This document shows, piece by piece, positions 39,951 to 52,213 of a stretch of 64,000 bases of DNA. Position 1 is the first letter of the stretch. The number at the start of each line of letters is the position of its first letter. The translations under genes and the position numbers were made by a program. The notes under the pieces are model-generated. The model made no database searches. It was not told the origin of the DNA and saw only the letters and a program-made list of their open reading frames with translations. Where the stretch lies: the NCBI RefSeq assembly GCF_030028105.1, contig NC_092377.1, positions 35,708,782 to 35,772,781 on the forward strand, read 5' to 3'. Source of the DNA: Mobula birostris. Its lineage: Eukaryota.

Positions 39951-40166
39951 CTGCACAAATCATTTAAAATGGTATTCTAATTGTTGCTATCTATCAGGTA
40001 GGATCAATCATCATTTCTGCCACAAGCAAGACTAGGATTATCCAAAGTTTTTAACATTCTGCTTTATGTCTAATCAACGTGAACTGTAGACAGCACTAAT
40101 GATATTTGGACTTGTGTTTGTACCTAAATGCTCAGAAAAATTAATTTCAAAAACTGTAACTTTTAC

Positions 40167-40295
40167 TTGTAGCACTGTAACAAAAGTGGTAGTTACACTT
40201 CAGTGGTTTTTCCTTTAGTATTGTCCTGGAACTTAACAAGTAATCAAAATTAAACAAGCATTTTATGTCTTCGTAGAAAAAAGAGGAAAAACCAC
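40167..40295 (-). pseudogene. Exon relic (129 nt, phase 1 to 1, open)
   Basis: Acceptor atatttccag, donor CAA|gtaaaa. GFSSFFYEDIKCLFNFDYLLSSRTILKEKPLKCNYHFCYSAT. Confidence 0.55.
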
Positions 40296-41317
40296 CTGGA
40301 AATATCTATTGCATCAGAAATAGAATAAATGAAATCAAAATATGATAATGTAGATATTAATGTAAATAAATCAGAGACCACTTCAATGGCCTATCCTTAA
40401 TATTATAAAAAGTGATTCAGATGTCTTGTAACCAGACTCCAAATTTTGAGACAAATATATTCCTTCAAGAGCTCCCTTTCCCATGTGCAAAATTGTTCTA
40501 TCTTTTAGCACCTGTCTGATATTAATGTTACACAAAAAATGCTGAATAAAAGCTGCATAAGAATTTAGTAAGGAATACATAGAATAAGGATGTGGTAAAT
40601 TTTCAAGGAATATTTTCAGTCCCAGTTCACCTGCATATCATTAAGATACAGTAATAGAAAACAATTTAAACTTTATTTTTAATTGCAAGAAAAAATGCAA
40701 GTCAGAGCCTCAGTGTTGGTGGCCAATACTACACCAGTACCATGGAAACTGATATTAAAAGGAAAAAAAGACAGTAATAGGCCTTTAAGCTTGACTTGCT
40801 ACTTAATAAGATAATGGCTGATCTCCTGCATATACTTGCCCTTTCAATTCCCACCTAACCCAAATTTTCTAGATTGCAAAAACCCATTGACCTCAGCTTT
40901 GAACATACTTGATACTGAGCATCTGCAACTGACCTAAAATAAAGAATTTACAGATTCCTCCTGACCTTGTTCTATAATACCTACTTCTTAGTCAGAGACT
41001 ATGCCCCCTCCTCCTTAACTCACCAGCCAAGGGAACAACCGGCCTACTCTCTTGTTAAACCATTTCTGAATCTTGTATGTTTCAACAAATGATCTCCTCA
41101 TCTTCTAATCTCCAGAGAACAATGACCCTTTCTGCAGAATCATTAAATTATAATGAATTATTTTCTGACTTTGTCTCAATGGTTTGGGCAAAGATTCCAA
41201 TGAACAAGCACTGACTGCATTGTCAATAACTACTGCTTATCAGACTGCCTCTAAACCATTCTGTTCGATGCCACAATGGTTTATTTGGTTTCCCTCAATC
41301 CACAATGAAATACCAAC

Positions 41318-41614
41318 CATAATAATGCCACATTTGGGGTTTACACCAACAGGTGGTTAGTTCTTCAATCACTACACTGCATCAATTAACCATGGTTTGT
41401 GATAGGGCACTTCCCAACTTGGTTACAATAGAGGTAAAATTTCCAACATTTTTTCATGTAAAGTAACAATGGACAGGTTTTAGAGCAGCTGATAGCATGC
41501 CATGTTTTTCAGCACAAAACAAATTTGTGGTTTTCCTGCCACATTTCTAGAATGGGGTTGTTTAGTTAAAGGACAGTTTCTCTGCAAGCCTAATTTTGGG
41601 AATCTTACAGGGAA
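41318..41614 (-). pseudogene. Exon relic (acceptor at 41614 or 41546)
   Basis: From 41546: KCGRKTTNLFCAEKHGMLSAALKPVHCYFT*KNVGNFTSIVTKLGSALSQTMVN*CSVVIEELTTCWCKPQMWHYY. Donor ATG|gttggt, phase 1. Resembles exon 58894-59044. Confidence 0.55.
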
Positions 41615-42249
41615 CTGATCAAAATAGAGAAAGCTCAGTTAGAACTTATGATCAGGGGCAGTCACAGTAGCATAATCCACTAGCTTTGTAGTAGGTAACC
41701 AAGGTGATGAGAAAATGAAGTTCTGATCTCCACACAATCATGAGGGAATCCGTACACAGAGCCGCAGGTTGCTGTGGAAGCATTCTTCTCATGAGAGTGA
41801 AGTGCAACTTTTGCTCAAAGGTTTTCCCTCAAGTTCCTTTAAACACATCAGCATCACCATCAACTAGCATTCACCTCGCTCAACAATCCTCTTCGATTTT
41901 CCCCCCAGTTTCATACCAGGGAGTCCACTGGGCACAACTCAGAACAGGACACGGCTAGCTCAAAAATCATTTACTGAAGCAAATAACACCACCCATGAGG
42001 AAATTGTCAGAAAATGTTTCAGGTCCCATTTCTCTTTCCAAAGAAAATGCTGGACCTGCCGAAAATTTCCAGACTTTTTGTTTTTATTTTAGATCAGATG
42101 GTACAACCAGTTATCTGCAGCATAGCATTAAATCATTTAACATTTTTTTTTATTTCTCAGATCACTGAAAATTATCTCAAAATACATGCATTAAGTTGAA
42201 CCATATTATACACCTTGAATCAGCTGGCCACTCTTAAAAAGCTAGATTC

Positions 42250-42965
42250 ATGGTTGAGAATACATTGGAAACAGACTACCATTTCTAACTCTCTGGCTAG
42301 AGGTCTGTGGCTCGTGCTGTGCCACAGGGATCAGTGCTAGGCCATTGCTGCTAGTCATCTATATCAATCATCCGGATGACAACGCAAACTGGATCAGCAA
42401 ATTTGCGGATGATACCAAGATTGAGAGCCTGGTAGACAGCAAACCTTGCAGTGGGATTTGGACCAGCTAGAATAAATGGCAGATGGAATTTAATGCAGAC
42501 AAGTGTGAGGTGTTGCACTTTTTGGCTGACTAACCAGGGTAGGACTTACACAGTGAACGACAGGGCACTGAGGTCAACGGTAGAACAAATTGATCTGAGA
42601 GGACAGATCCATAATTCCTTGAAAGTGGCATCACAGTTAGATAGACAAGAGAAAATCTGCAGATGCTGGAAATCCAAGCAACTGAAGGGTCTCAGCCTGA
42701 AATGTCAACTGAATAGATGCTGCCTGACCTGCTGAGTTCCTCCAGCATTTTGTGTGTGTTGCTCACAGTTAGATAGTGTCGTAAAGAGAGCTTTGGTGCA
42801 TTGAGCTTCATAAATCTGAGCATTCAGCACTGGATTTAGGATGTTATGCTGATATATACAAGATATTGGTGAGACCAAATTTGGAGTATTTTGTGCCGTT
42901 CTGGTTCCTACAAGAAAGATATTAATAGGATTGAAAGGGCGCAGAGAAAATTTACAAGTATGTTG
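42250..42965 (+). mobile_element. CR1 RT fragment containing a 118-bp PLE insertion
   Basis: VPQGSVLG and SKFADDTKI motifs. Confidence 0.85.
42645..42762. mobile_element. 118-bp minimal inverted PLE insertion with a 14-bp TSD
   Basis: TSD tcacagttagatag at 42631-42644 and 42763-42776. About 38 nt of reversed pLTR tail plus about 80 nt of forward hammerhead-containing pLTR end. Confidence 0.9.
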
Positions 42966-43052
42966 AGTTTCAGAGAACACTAGGTTTCTCAGGCTCCTGT
43001 ATTCTTTTCATCCACAATCTATTGTTTCATGCACAGGTTCTCTGCTGATTAC

Positions 43053-43274
43053 TGTCCTCAGATGTCTGTAGAACTGTTTCTTTTGCCTTGAGAATTGTGA
43101 TGGCAGAGTTGGTCATCGAAATGTCAGTTAAAACCGCTATCTGTACCCGGTTGGAAGCCCAAGAAGAGTTTATTCATGCAATAAGTTTTAACATTCTTCA
43201 GGGCAGAAAGTTTACTTTTCGAACCAAAACCATCTTTAATTTTTTCCCCCGTGTAGATTATCACTGTTTGCAAT
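43053..43274 (-). pseudogene. Exon relic (C-terminal half of LamG-like 2)
   Basis: Acceptor gcactgatttag, phase 2 matching the upstream exon. LQTVIIYTGEKIKDGFGSKSKLSALKNVKTYCMNKLFLGFQPGTDSGFN*HFDD matches the L-x-L-G...F-x-G-x-(I/F)-D-D pattern if the TGA was GGA. Probable frameshift before donor ACA|gtaatc. Confidence 0.62.
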
Positions 43275-43525
43275 CTAAATCAGTGCAAAACAATTTCCCT
43301 ATTTTAATGGATTATCTGCCACCTAGTGGATAAAGAATAACAACATCTGTTATATCCTGACACTTGAGAGTTTTAACAAGCCAATTAAAATCTCCTGCTT
43401 TCATTCAGATAAATATGGATTTGAACAATTTAAAAGTCAAGGTACTAATTGTAACATCATATATTTATCTCTGATGGTGACTTTTCCTCCTCCCTCTTTC
43501 CTACAATTCCCATAAAACAATAAAA

Positions 43526-44095
43526 CCATAAGACATAGGAGCAGAATTAGGCTATTTGGCCCATCAAGTTTGCTCTGCCATTTAATCATGGCTGATCCTT
43601 TTCTCCTCCTCCACCCCCACCCAGCCCTACCCCACAGCTTTCTCTCTGTAACCTTTGACGCTGTGTCCAATCAAGAACCTATCAAACTGTGTCTCAAATA
43701 CACCCAATAACTTGGCCTCTACAGCTGCCTTTGGCAACAAATTCCACAAATTCACCACCCTCTGGCTATAGATGTTTCTCCACATCTCTGTTTTGAATGG
43801 ATGTTCCTCTGTCCCAAAGCTGTGCCCTCTTGTCTTAGACTCCCTGACCATGGAAATCATCCTTTCCACATCTACTCTGTCTAGGCCTTTCAACATTCAA
43901 AAGGTTTCAATAAGACCCCCCCCCCCATTCTTCTAAATTCCAGCGAGTACCAACCCAAAGCCAAATGTTCCTCTTATGATAACCCTTCCATTTTCCAGAA
44001 TTATCCTTGTGATTTCCTCTAAACCCTCTCTTTCCATACCTTTCCTTAGACGAGGAGCCCAAAGCTGCTCACAATACTCGAGGTGAGGCCTCATT
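43526..44095 (-). mobile_element. CR1 3' fragment
   Basis: LKGLDRVDVERM..SKTRGHS..SQRVVNLWNLLP plus 3' UTR. Confidence 0.88.
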
Positions 44096-44152
44096 TTGAT
44101 TTCAGAAACAATTCAGTATACTGAAAGACCCCCATTTAAAATTACAACTCAC

Positions 44153-44289
44153 AAATTTTCCATGGTTAACAGAATTACCAATGAGTTTATATTTATAGGA
44201 ACATGATAACATGTAAAGAGTAATACTTGCAGCTCACTTCAATGAGTTGAAGAGTATGCTATTTTATAATAAACACTCAGATTAGAAAA
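44153..44289 (-). pseudogene. Exon relic (137 nt, phase 0 to 2, LamG-like 2)
   Basis: Acceptor ctttgtctgcag, donor TTT|gtgagt. FSNLSVYYKIAYSSTH*SELQVLLFTCYHVPININSLVILLTMEN; TCYHV resembles the LamG W-x-H-V strand. Confidence 0.65.
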
Positions 44290-44706
44290 CTGCAGACAAA
44301 GACTCAGTTGTCCAAGTTTCAAGATAAGGGAAATGCAGGGTGCTGAAGAAATCCTGCAGGATGTTAGATGCACCAAAATGCCATGGCACCAGGAAAGGCT
44401 GAAATATAGAGCAAATAGCTTAGAAAAATAGAGGGCTATGTGATTGGGAAATTCTAGGCAGTTTCTAGAGTAGGTTACATAGTTGGCACAACATTGTGGG
44501 CTGAAAGGCCTGTAATGTGCTGAGATTTTCTATGTTTCTATGTTCTATCTGTCTATGAATGGGGATATCACAGAAGTACCAGGATAGATGCTCTCATCAC
44601 TGGGGACAATTCAAATGTATGTAAATTGGGATGCTACAGAAGAAAACAAAACAAAGCAGAGAGTATTAAGGTAGAGGTGTACTAAACACAGAACTAAAAA
44701 AGTAAC

Positions 44707-44965
44707 CTTAGGTAGGACATGCGTAAGAGGAGCTAGCAAAATGGGATTGACTGATGAAGGTGGAATATGCTTAGTGGGTAGATGGGAACTGGAAGTAATC
44801 AAGAACACAGCAAGGCATGAGTAGAAGAGTGCTATTGTCTGGGAAACAAGTAGAAAGTTCTTGAGTGGAAAGTGGTAATGAAAACCTGAAGCATTTAAAG
44901 TAAAGGAAAAAGTGCTGTAGATATAGTATAGTCTAACCAAGTATGAAGGTAATTTTACATGAGAA
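44707..44965 (-). pseudogene. Exon relic (phase 2 to 0; donor uncertain)
   Basis: Lies inside the open frame 44611..45003; acceptor attataacag. SHVKLPSYLVRLYYIYSTFSFTLNASGFHYHF...; weak donor AAG|gttact. Confidence 0.4.
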
Positions 44966-45101
44966 CTGTTATAATAATTACAATAGAATGATAACATGCG
45001 CAATTAGTATTCAGGAGCATAAAATTAGATTTTACATCTTATGTCAGATTTCTTACAAAGCACATGCAAATTAAATTATCATTCTTTACAAGGAGCATCA
45101 C

Positions 45102-45201
45102 CAAAAATACATTTTAGTAACTCCAAACATCTTGGATAAATTCCAGTAAAAAAAAATTCTCAGTCTCCTGTGCACCACTGATTGTACTGGATTATGAACA
45201 T
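45102..45201 (-). pseudogene. Exon relic (start of LamG-like 2; phase 1 to 2)
   Basis: Acceptor tttgtttttacacag, donor TG|gtgatg. VHNPVQSVVHRRLRIFFYWNLSKMFGVTKMYF, with sequon NLS. Confidence 0.5.
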
Positions 45202-45919
45202 CTGTGTAAAAACAAACTGTTCCCCAATGCCCCCATCCCCCCTCACTTCATTAGATCCTCCTTGGTTTACTCAGTTTTCTTCATCTGTTGTACTCATTTT
45301 TCTCTAAACATCTACTAAGCAACCAAGGGCTTTGGAGTCAGGTCCAGAAATACTTGTTATGAGCAAGTTGGTAAGTAGATGGGCTGTCAAATGCACAGGT
45401 ACCCTAGCAGGTCAGAGGCTGGGGTGGGGATTGGTGGCGAGCCCTTGAGAGTTACTGGAGAGAGATACCAGTGGACTTCAAATGAACACAACTACCAAAG
45501 CATTTCAGTTGCTATATTTCTCTTCCAGCTCTGTTGCTGAGACTCACGTTCGGGGACTCTGTGGTTCATGTTCTATGTACTATTTGTTTACTATTCTATT
45601 GTTTGCTCAATTTGTTCTTTTTCAGCACACTGGATATTTGATGATCTTTGTTATGTGGATTTTTTTATGGATTCTATTATGCTTCTTGGTTTTGTGGCTG
45701 CCTGCAAGAAGATGCATCTCAAAGTTGTATATGTTAAATATATTTTGATAATAAATAAACTTTGAACATATTTACATGAAGGAGAGGATTAACATAATCA
45801 CATTGTTTTATCTGTAAAGAAATGTGTACAACAAAGAATAATGAGCCAATGTTTTCAATTATTCTTCACATTTAATAAATAAGAATGCTCAGTATTTAAT
45901 TTTTCAATTTGCATCAAGT

Positions 45920-47365
45920 GGTAAGAGAGAAGTGGATTTTAATGAGCTGTTTAACAAGGTTTCCTATGGTAGGTTCACCCAGAAGCCATGAGGCATAGGA
46001 TCCATGGAAAATTGACTGCATGGATTTAGAATTGCCTTGCCCACAGAAAGCAGAGCGTGGGAGCAGATGTGTTGTATTCTGTCTGGAGGCCGCTGACTAA
46101 TGATGAACAAGGTCTTTTCTGGGACCCCTTACTCTTTGTGGATTTTTATAAATGGAAAATTGAAGACGAAGCAGAAGGGTAGGTTAGTAAGTTTGCAGAT
46201 GACACAAATGTTGGTTGTGTTATGGATAGCATAGAGGGTTGTTGTAGGTTACAATGGGCTAAGGAGAAGGTGTGGAGTTGGATATAGAAGAGGTAGAGGG
46301 AGTTTAGACAATAGACAATAGGTGCAGAAGTAGACCATTCGGCCCTTCGAGCCTGCACCGCCATTCTGACATCATGGCTGATCATCTACTATCAATACCC
46401 GGTTCCTGCCTTGTCCCCATAACCCTTGATTCCCCTATCCATAAGATACCTATCTAGCTCCTTCTTGAAAGCATTCAGAGAACTGGCCTCCACTGCCTTC
46501 TGAGGCAGCGTGTTCCACACCTCCACAACTCTCTGGGAGAAGTATTTCCTCCTCAACTCTGTCCTAAAAGACCTACCCCTTATTCATAAACCATGCCCTC
46601 TGGTACTGGACTCTCCCAGCATCTGGAACATATTTCCTGCCTCTATCTTGTCCAATCCCTTAATAACCTTCTCTGTCTCAATCAGATCCCCCCTCAATCT
46701 CCTTAATTCCAGCGTGTACAAGCCCAGTCTCTCTAACCTCTCTGTGTAAGACAGTCCGGACATCCCAGGAATTAACAGTTTAATCTGGAAAAATGCAAAA
46801 ATATACACTTTGGAAAATCAAACTTGAAGGTGGAGTACAAGGTTTGTATAGAGTTCTCATCAGGGTGGAAAAACAGAAGGATCTTGCAGTCCAAGTCAAT
46901 AGATCCCCCAAAGATGCCATGCAAGTTGATAGGGTGATTAAGGCGGCACATAGTGTACTGGCCTTCATTAGCTGGGGGATCGAGTTCGAAAGCTGCAGGG
47001 CAAGGACACAGCTCTTTAAAACTCTGGTTAGACCTCACTTAGGGCATTGTGTTTAGTTCTGATCACCTCATGAAAACTTTAGAAAGAGTGAAAAGGATGC
47101 TGCCTGCATCATGGAACATGTTGTATGAGGAAAGGTTGACTGATTGAGGGCTTTTCCCTTTGGAGCAAAGACAGATGAGAGGTGACTTAATAGGGCTGGG
47201 CAAGATCATGGGAGGCATAGATAGAGTGAACAGCTGGCACCTTTCCCCCCCAGGCAGGAAATGGCTACTATCCGTGAACATGAGTTTAAAGTGAGTGAAG
47301 GAAAGATTAAGGGAGATGTCAGAGGAAGCTTTTTTTTAAAATACACAGAGCGATGGGTGATAGGG
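45920..47365 (+). mobile_element. Old CR1 RT fragment with a younger antisense CR1 (46307-46776) nested in it
   Basis: SKFADDT and KTLVRPHL motifs. The nested copy has a (CTATTGT)n tail and TSD agttta at 46301-46306 and 46777-46782. Confidence 0.85.
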
Positions 47366-48365
47366 TAATGTAATAGATGACAGCCAACACATATTTTTCA
47401 TAATAGAAACTATTCTACAAACACCGTCACTGAGTTGTTGTGTTCACTTTAAGAGATGGCGTCTGACATAATGATGCCAGTAACTGTGGTAGCTGAAGTA
47501 AAGAGCTACAGCTTTTGTTAAGCATAGGAAATGACTCTCGCGTTTCACTGACAGAATCCTACATTAGACGCAATGTGCGAAACTTTGTCTTGGCTAAATT
47601 TGATAGACCTCTGTTTGGCACAGATCTCCTGTGCACAAAGGGCTGTTGGTAGATCTTAAGAACAGCTGGCTTGTGGACACAAAAGACTTTGTGTCGTTAC
47701 CCAATACCTCCCGTAGTTCCCAACGTCTCTGTCCGGCACATGTACTGCCACATGTGAATTCACTCATCTGCTGAACTAATTCCCAAACCTCACCAAGCCC
47801 ACATTTTCCACTACAGTCATGGAGCATGGAGTTAGGCACCACATTTTCACAATTGGCATTGGCTCACTGGTTCACACCTGTGTGCTTACACTGGACCCAG
47901 AAAAGCTGGCCAGCATGAAGGCTGAGCTTACTAACAGCTGGCACCCATGGAAATGCTTGGTCAAACAGACCTTGGGCTTCACCCCTCCACATGGTCCCCA
48001 AGCTCAATGGCAGTTGCCACCCATGCAGCAAATACCACCACCTTAACGAAGCCACCACCCCCGATCATTACTCGATCCCATATTCAAGACTTTTCGGCAC
48101 GCTGAGCCGGAAAGACAATTTTTTTCTAAAATGATTTAGTCAGGAGCTACCATCAGGTGCCTGTGTGCACTGAGGACATTCCCAAAACTGCCGTTATAAC
48201 CTTGCTTGGCCTGCTTGGGTTTCTGCGCATGCCGTTTGGGCTGGAAAATGCAGCACAGACTTTCCAAATACTAAAAGACTCTTTAACGACGCAGATTTTA
48301 TTTTCGTTTACCTGGGTGGCATACTTGAAAAGTGTGTGGCGATGTGATACCAGCACATCTAAAAT

Positions 48366-48620
48366 GGCACGGTAGTGTAGTAGTTAGCACAATGCTTTAT
48401 CGAGCCAGCAAACCAGGCTCAGTTCCCGACACTGCCTGTAAGGAACATTCTGCCCACGACCGCATGGGTTTCTTTTGACTGCTTCAGGCTCCTTCCACAT
48501 TCCAAAGACGTACTGATGGGTAATTTAATTGGTCGTTGTAAATTGTCTCATGATTAGGCTAGGGTTAAATTGGAGGATTGCTGGGGGGACGGCTCCAAGG
48601 GCCAGAAAGGTTCTTTCCAC
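48366..48620 (+). mobile_element. tRNA-derived V-SINE (HE1-like)
   Basis: tRNA-like head ggcacggtagtgtagtagttagcac and V-domain-like gggtttc...ccacattccaaagacgt. Confidence 0.75.
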
Positions 48621-48805
48621 TAGAAAGGTAAGATATATAGATAGAAAGGTAAAATATATAGATAGAAAGGTAAGTCAATAGATAAGTAGATAAGTATATA
48701 GCTAGTTATGATTAGTATATAGATAGATAAGATGATAAGTAGATATAATGATAGGTAGATAAAATGATAGGAAAACAGACAGATAAGTAGACAGACACAC
48801 AGAGA
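48621..48805 (+). repeat. Degenerate GATA/GATAA microsatellite
   Basis: Tandem agat/agata units at the SINE 3' end. Confidence 0.85.
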
Positions 48806-49506
48806 CATCAGGCACTTATTACATCTCCACACACTTTTCAAGTGCTTAAGCCAACATGTGCTAATGGCATTTTGGGTTGTCGACAATCGACTTTCTCAGA
48901 AACTGCATCTCTGCAGTAGGTGCAACGCCCCTGCAGTCAAGGGTTGCTGCTATTATATTTTCACTGCCCCATGCTACCAAAGCACTGCAAGAGTTTTTTT
49001 TTAAAAAGTTGTGGTGCATTTCTAACACCATTTCATTCCATGATCATCTGAACTTGTGCTCCCCTTGTATAGTGCCCTTAAAGGCTGTGACCCTAATGGT
49101 CGGCAGACACGACCAGATTATTTGATGACACCAAATGGGCTCTTTTGAACATGGCCCTACTGGCACACACGCTCCCCAATGCACATTTAGCCGTCACTAC
49201 TAATGCCTCAGACTACACTGTGGGTGCTGTGCATAAACAGTTGGCTGGAGGTGTGTGGCAACCAATCACCTTCAGCAGGCAGCTCCACAACCCCCCCCCC
49301 CCCCCCGAGGAAGTACAGCACGTTTGAAAGCAGGCTTCTTAGTCTCTATCTGGCTGACCATCATTTTTGTTTTCTACTGGGGAGTCGCCCCATTTTACAG
49401 AGTTTGACGATCACAAAATCTTTGTGCACGCGATGGCCAAAGTGCCAGATCCCTGTTCTGCATGGCAGCAACACCATCTGGTATACATTTCAGAACTCAT
49501 GATTGA

Positions 49507-50284
49507 CTTCTGGTCAAGCTAGCGCCTGCGTACAATGCTCCTTCGGTTGACATCTTCTGGATAAATCATGAAACATACTTTTTAAATTTCTTTCATATCT
49601 TTTACATTGTTTTTCATCTTGAATGTGATTCTGGAAGTGTTGGAGCCTGTGATTTGCAATTTGGAGATGGTTTGGCTGCTTCAATGCCCTGCAGTCTTCG
49701 AGAGGATTCCAGGAGAGAGGCGAGAAGGCTGCGGGTCAAGACGTGAGCCGATGATCGACTCCATTTCACTGATTAAAGCAACGAGGGAGATTGAAACATC
49801 AAGGCGAATGTGGAGAGTGAGCACTGGCTGCCTGCCTTTTTAATCACTGGGAGATCATTCTGCTGCCGGAGAGGGGAGACTACCTTTTTTCTGCCGGCGA
49901 GATCACGCTGCTACAAAAAGGTGAGGCTGCCCTTTTATTGCTGGTGAGATCACTCTGCTACAGAGAGGGAAAGGCCTGCCACTGTGCCTGAAGAATGTTA
50001 CCCAGATTTTCTGTGTTTTGGATATGGACTTGGACTGGAGACATATAAAATCTTTTGTGTTTTCACCTAATCTTTCTCTTTCTGTGTGTGTGGGGGAGGG
50101 AAGAGAGTGGGATTTGGCGGTCGATGTGCCTGTTCCGTTTTTGTTCATTTTTTTGTGCGGGGAGGAGGGATTTGGGGGTCGATGATTGTATTGCCATTCT
50201 TTTGTTTCTTGGCTTCATGGCTATCTGGAGAAGAAGAATTTCAGAGTTGTATACTATAATAATAAATGAGCCGTTAACCTTTGA
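49507..50284 (+). mobile_element. Non-autonomous retroelement inserted between Gypsy RNase H and integrase
   Basis: Head acttctggtcaagctagcg and LINE-like tail aataaa..aacctttgaac. Gypsy coding resumes at 50285 (HIEGKNN). Confidence 0.7.
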
Positions 50285-51299
50285 ACAATACGCACATTGA
50301 AGGGAAAAATAATGCTGTGGCTGATTGCCTCTCATGGACTGTCATTGACACCACACACATCTGGGTTGACTATACCGGCAGCCAACCCAGCATAGGTCCA
50401 GGCTTACAGGAAAGCAGTCATCTTTTGGCTGACATCAACTTCCTGCAAACGGGAGGCGTACTCTTTTTAAACTACATTCACGGCCTCGCGCACCCAGGCG
50501 GGAAGGCTTCAAAGAAACTGGTTGCTTTAAAGTTTGTGTGCGCACCTCAGGATGGATGTGCAAGACAGGAGGTAAGCTTGTGTTGTGTGTTATAAAAGAG
50601 AGAGAGGAAAAAAAGAGACAGAGACAGAGACAATCTTGTTTGGACACCATTATCATCTTTCAAGGCCCTTGTGCGACGGTTTGACCACATCAATGTGGAC
50701 CTGTTTAGTCCTCCCCCACATCCTGTGGTTTCATGCATCTCTTTCCCACGATGAATCGTACCACCAGATGACCAGAGGTTTTCCCTCCGACATCGATGAC
50801 GGCTATGGACATGGCTTGGACATGCATCAATACCTGGGTCACTCAGTTCAGCACTCCATCTGATATTTTTTCCAACCACGGTCCTCAATTCACATCAGAT
50901 CTCTTGGCCACAAAGGCCCAGAACTCTGGCATTAAATTGCATCATACCACGGCATATCATTTGCAGTCCAATGGCCTGTGCGACCCCTTTCACAGTTTCT
51001 TAAAGGCTGTTATGAAGGCCTCCCTGACAGATGAGTGTTAGCATGATCATTTCCCGTGGGTCCTGTTGGGGCTCAGAACAGCTCCAAAAGGGGACCTGCA
51101 GCCCTCTACAGTTGAGTTGGTGTACAGGCAGTCACTACGGGTGCCAGTTTATGCTATTCCTGATGTGACACCTGCCTGGTTAGAGTCTCAGAAGTGTTCC
51201 ACCCTCCTCAGTAAACCTAATTCTTTCACACCTATTCCTACCTCCCATCCTCCCATCGTGGCATACAGCACTCTTGGGTTCCAGTTGACTTACATTCAG

Positions 51300-51600
51300 T
51301 AAGACATAGGAGCAAAATTAGGCCATTTGGCCCAAGTCTGCCCCACCATTTTGTCATGTTTGATCCAATTTTCCACTCAGCCTCAATCTCCTGTCTTCTC
51401 TCCATATACCTTCATGCCCTGACCAAACAAGAATCTATCAACTTCTGCCTTAAATATACACAAAGATGTGGCCTCCACAGCTGCCTGTGGCAACATATTC
51501 CATACATTCACCACCCTCGGGCTAAGGACGTTCCTCCTCATCTCTGTTCTAAATTGACATCCTTCTATTCTGAGGCTGTGCCCTCTGGTCCTATAGGGAA
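51300..51600 (-). mobile_element. CR1 3' fragment
   Basis: RTRGHSLRIEGCQFRTEMRRN..PRVVNVWNMLP. Confidence 0.88.
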
Positions 51601-51779
51601 TATTTTCAATATCTTTTGTTTGTCTTCTATATTCCTCACAGAAACTTCTCTGCTTTACCAAATTTGCTTAACTTTCTTCCTCCCTTGTACATCAGATACA
51701 TTTATTCTCATAACCGTTTGCCTGTCCAGTCCTTTCACAGTCAGCTACATTCCTACTTATAACTTGTTTATTTGTAATA

Positions 51780-51933
51780 CAGGTAGACCTTCACTAATTC
51801 GACTACCTGTAATCCACTTCCATCGATAATCCGGCACTGATTATGCTTAATGTGATCCTTCTGTAATTCAGCATTTTCACTAATCTGGCATTCCTCAGGC
51901 CCCAATGGTGCTGGATTAGTGAAGGTCGACCAG
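51780..51933. mobile_element. 154-bp Tc1/mariner-superfamily (Tigger-like) MITE
   Basis: TIRs CAGGTAGACCTTCACTAATTC and reverse-complemented CTGGTCGACCTTCACTAATCC (18/21); TA on both flanks. Confidence 0.8.
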
Positions 51934-52123
51934 TATCTCTGTTCTGAAATGTGTTTTTGTGTGTGTGTCATTTTCTACATTTATTAAAGCAAATAGCAAT
52001 CATTGTTCTTCAGGTATTTTGTTAAGAATCACAGCCTGTCTGAAGGAATGTCAAAAGTCAATCAAAGAGTTGCAAGAAAGGGGTGAAATTAGATAAGGAC
52101 TGGTATTGTGCCTTCTGGTTTGC

Positions 52124-52213
52124 CTTGCATTTTGCTACAGACATCCTGGAGAAAGCCCGCAGACAAGTCAAATGCTCTGACCACTGCATAAGGTCGGCAG
52201 AAATGTCACTGAC
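52124..52213 (-). pseudogene. Exon relic (LamG-like 1 continuation; 3' boundary uncertain, may run to about 52000)
   Basis: Acceptor tgctttttag. The phase-1 join gives LHQGQ*HFCRPYAVVRAFDLSAGFLQDVCSKMQ, with TGA at the position of the W in the LamG-type GQWH motif. Confidence 0.55.

Larger units (their letters stand above)
47370..51295 (+). mobile_element. Decayed Gypsy/Ty3 LTR retrotransposon pol (PR-RT-RNaseH-IN) with nested insertions
   Basis: RT: EDIPKTAVIT..GFLRMPFGLENAAQTFQ. RNase H: TNASDYTVGAV..WQP and KYSTFESRLLSLYLA. IN: IEGKNNAVADCLS, HINVDL, IFSNHGPQFTS, HHTTAYHLQSNGLC. The RT-RH-IN order is Gypsy-type. The 5' boundary/LTR is uncertain. Confidence 0.9.

Noticed and set aside
43088-43333. 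81-aa plus-strand ORF; also plus-strand ORFs at 57521-57875 and 60469-60666
   Set aside because: These are antisense shadows of the minus-strand exon relics.
52141-52192. Plus-strand exon candidate ILEKARRQVKCSDHCI; similar candidates at 4583-4602, 25329-25422 and 34052-34106
   Set aside because: I found no coherent plus-strand chain or recognisable motifs, and three of the four overlap better-supported minus-strand exons. They cannot be fully excluded without RNA data.
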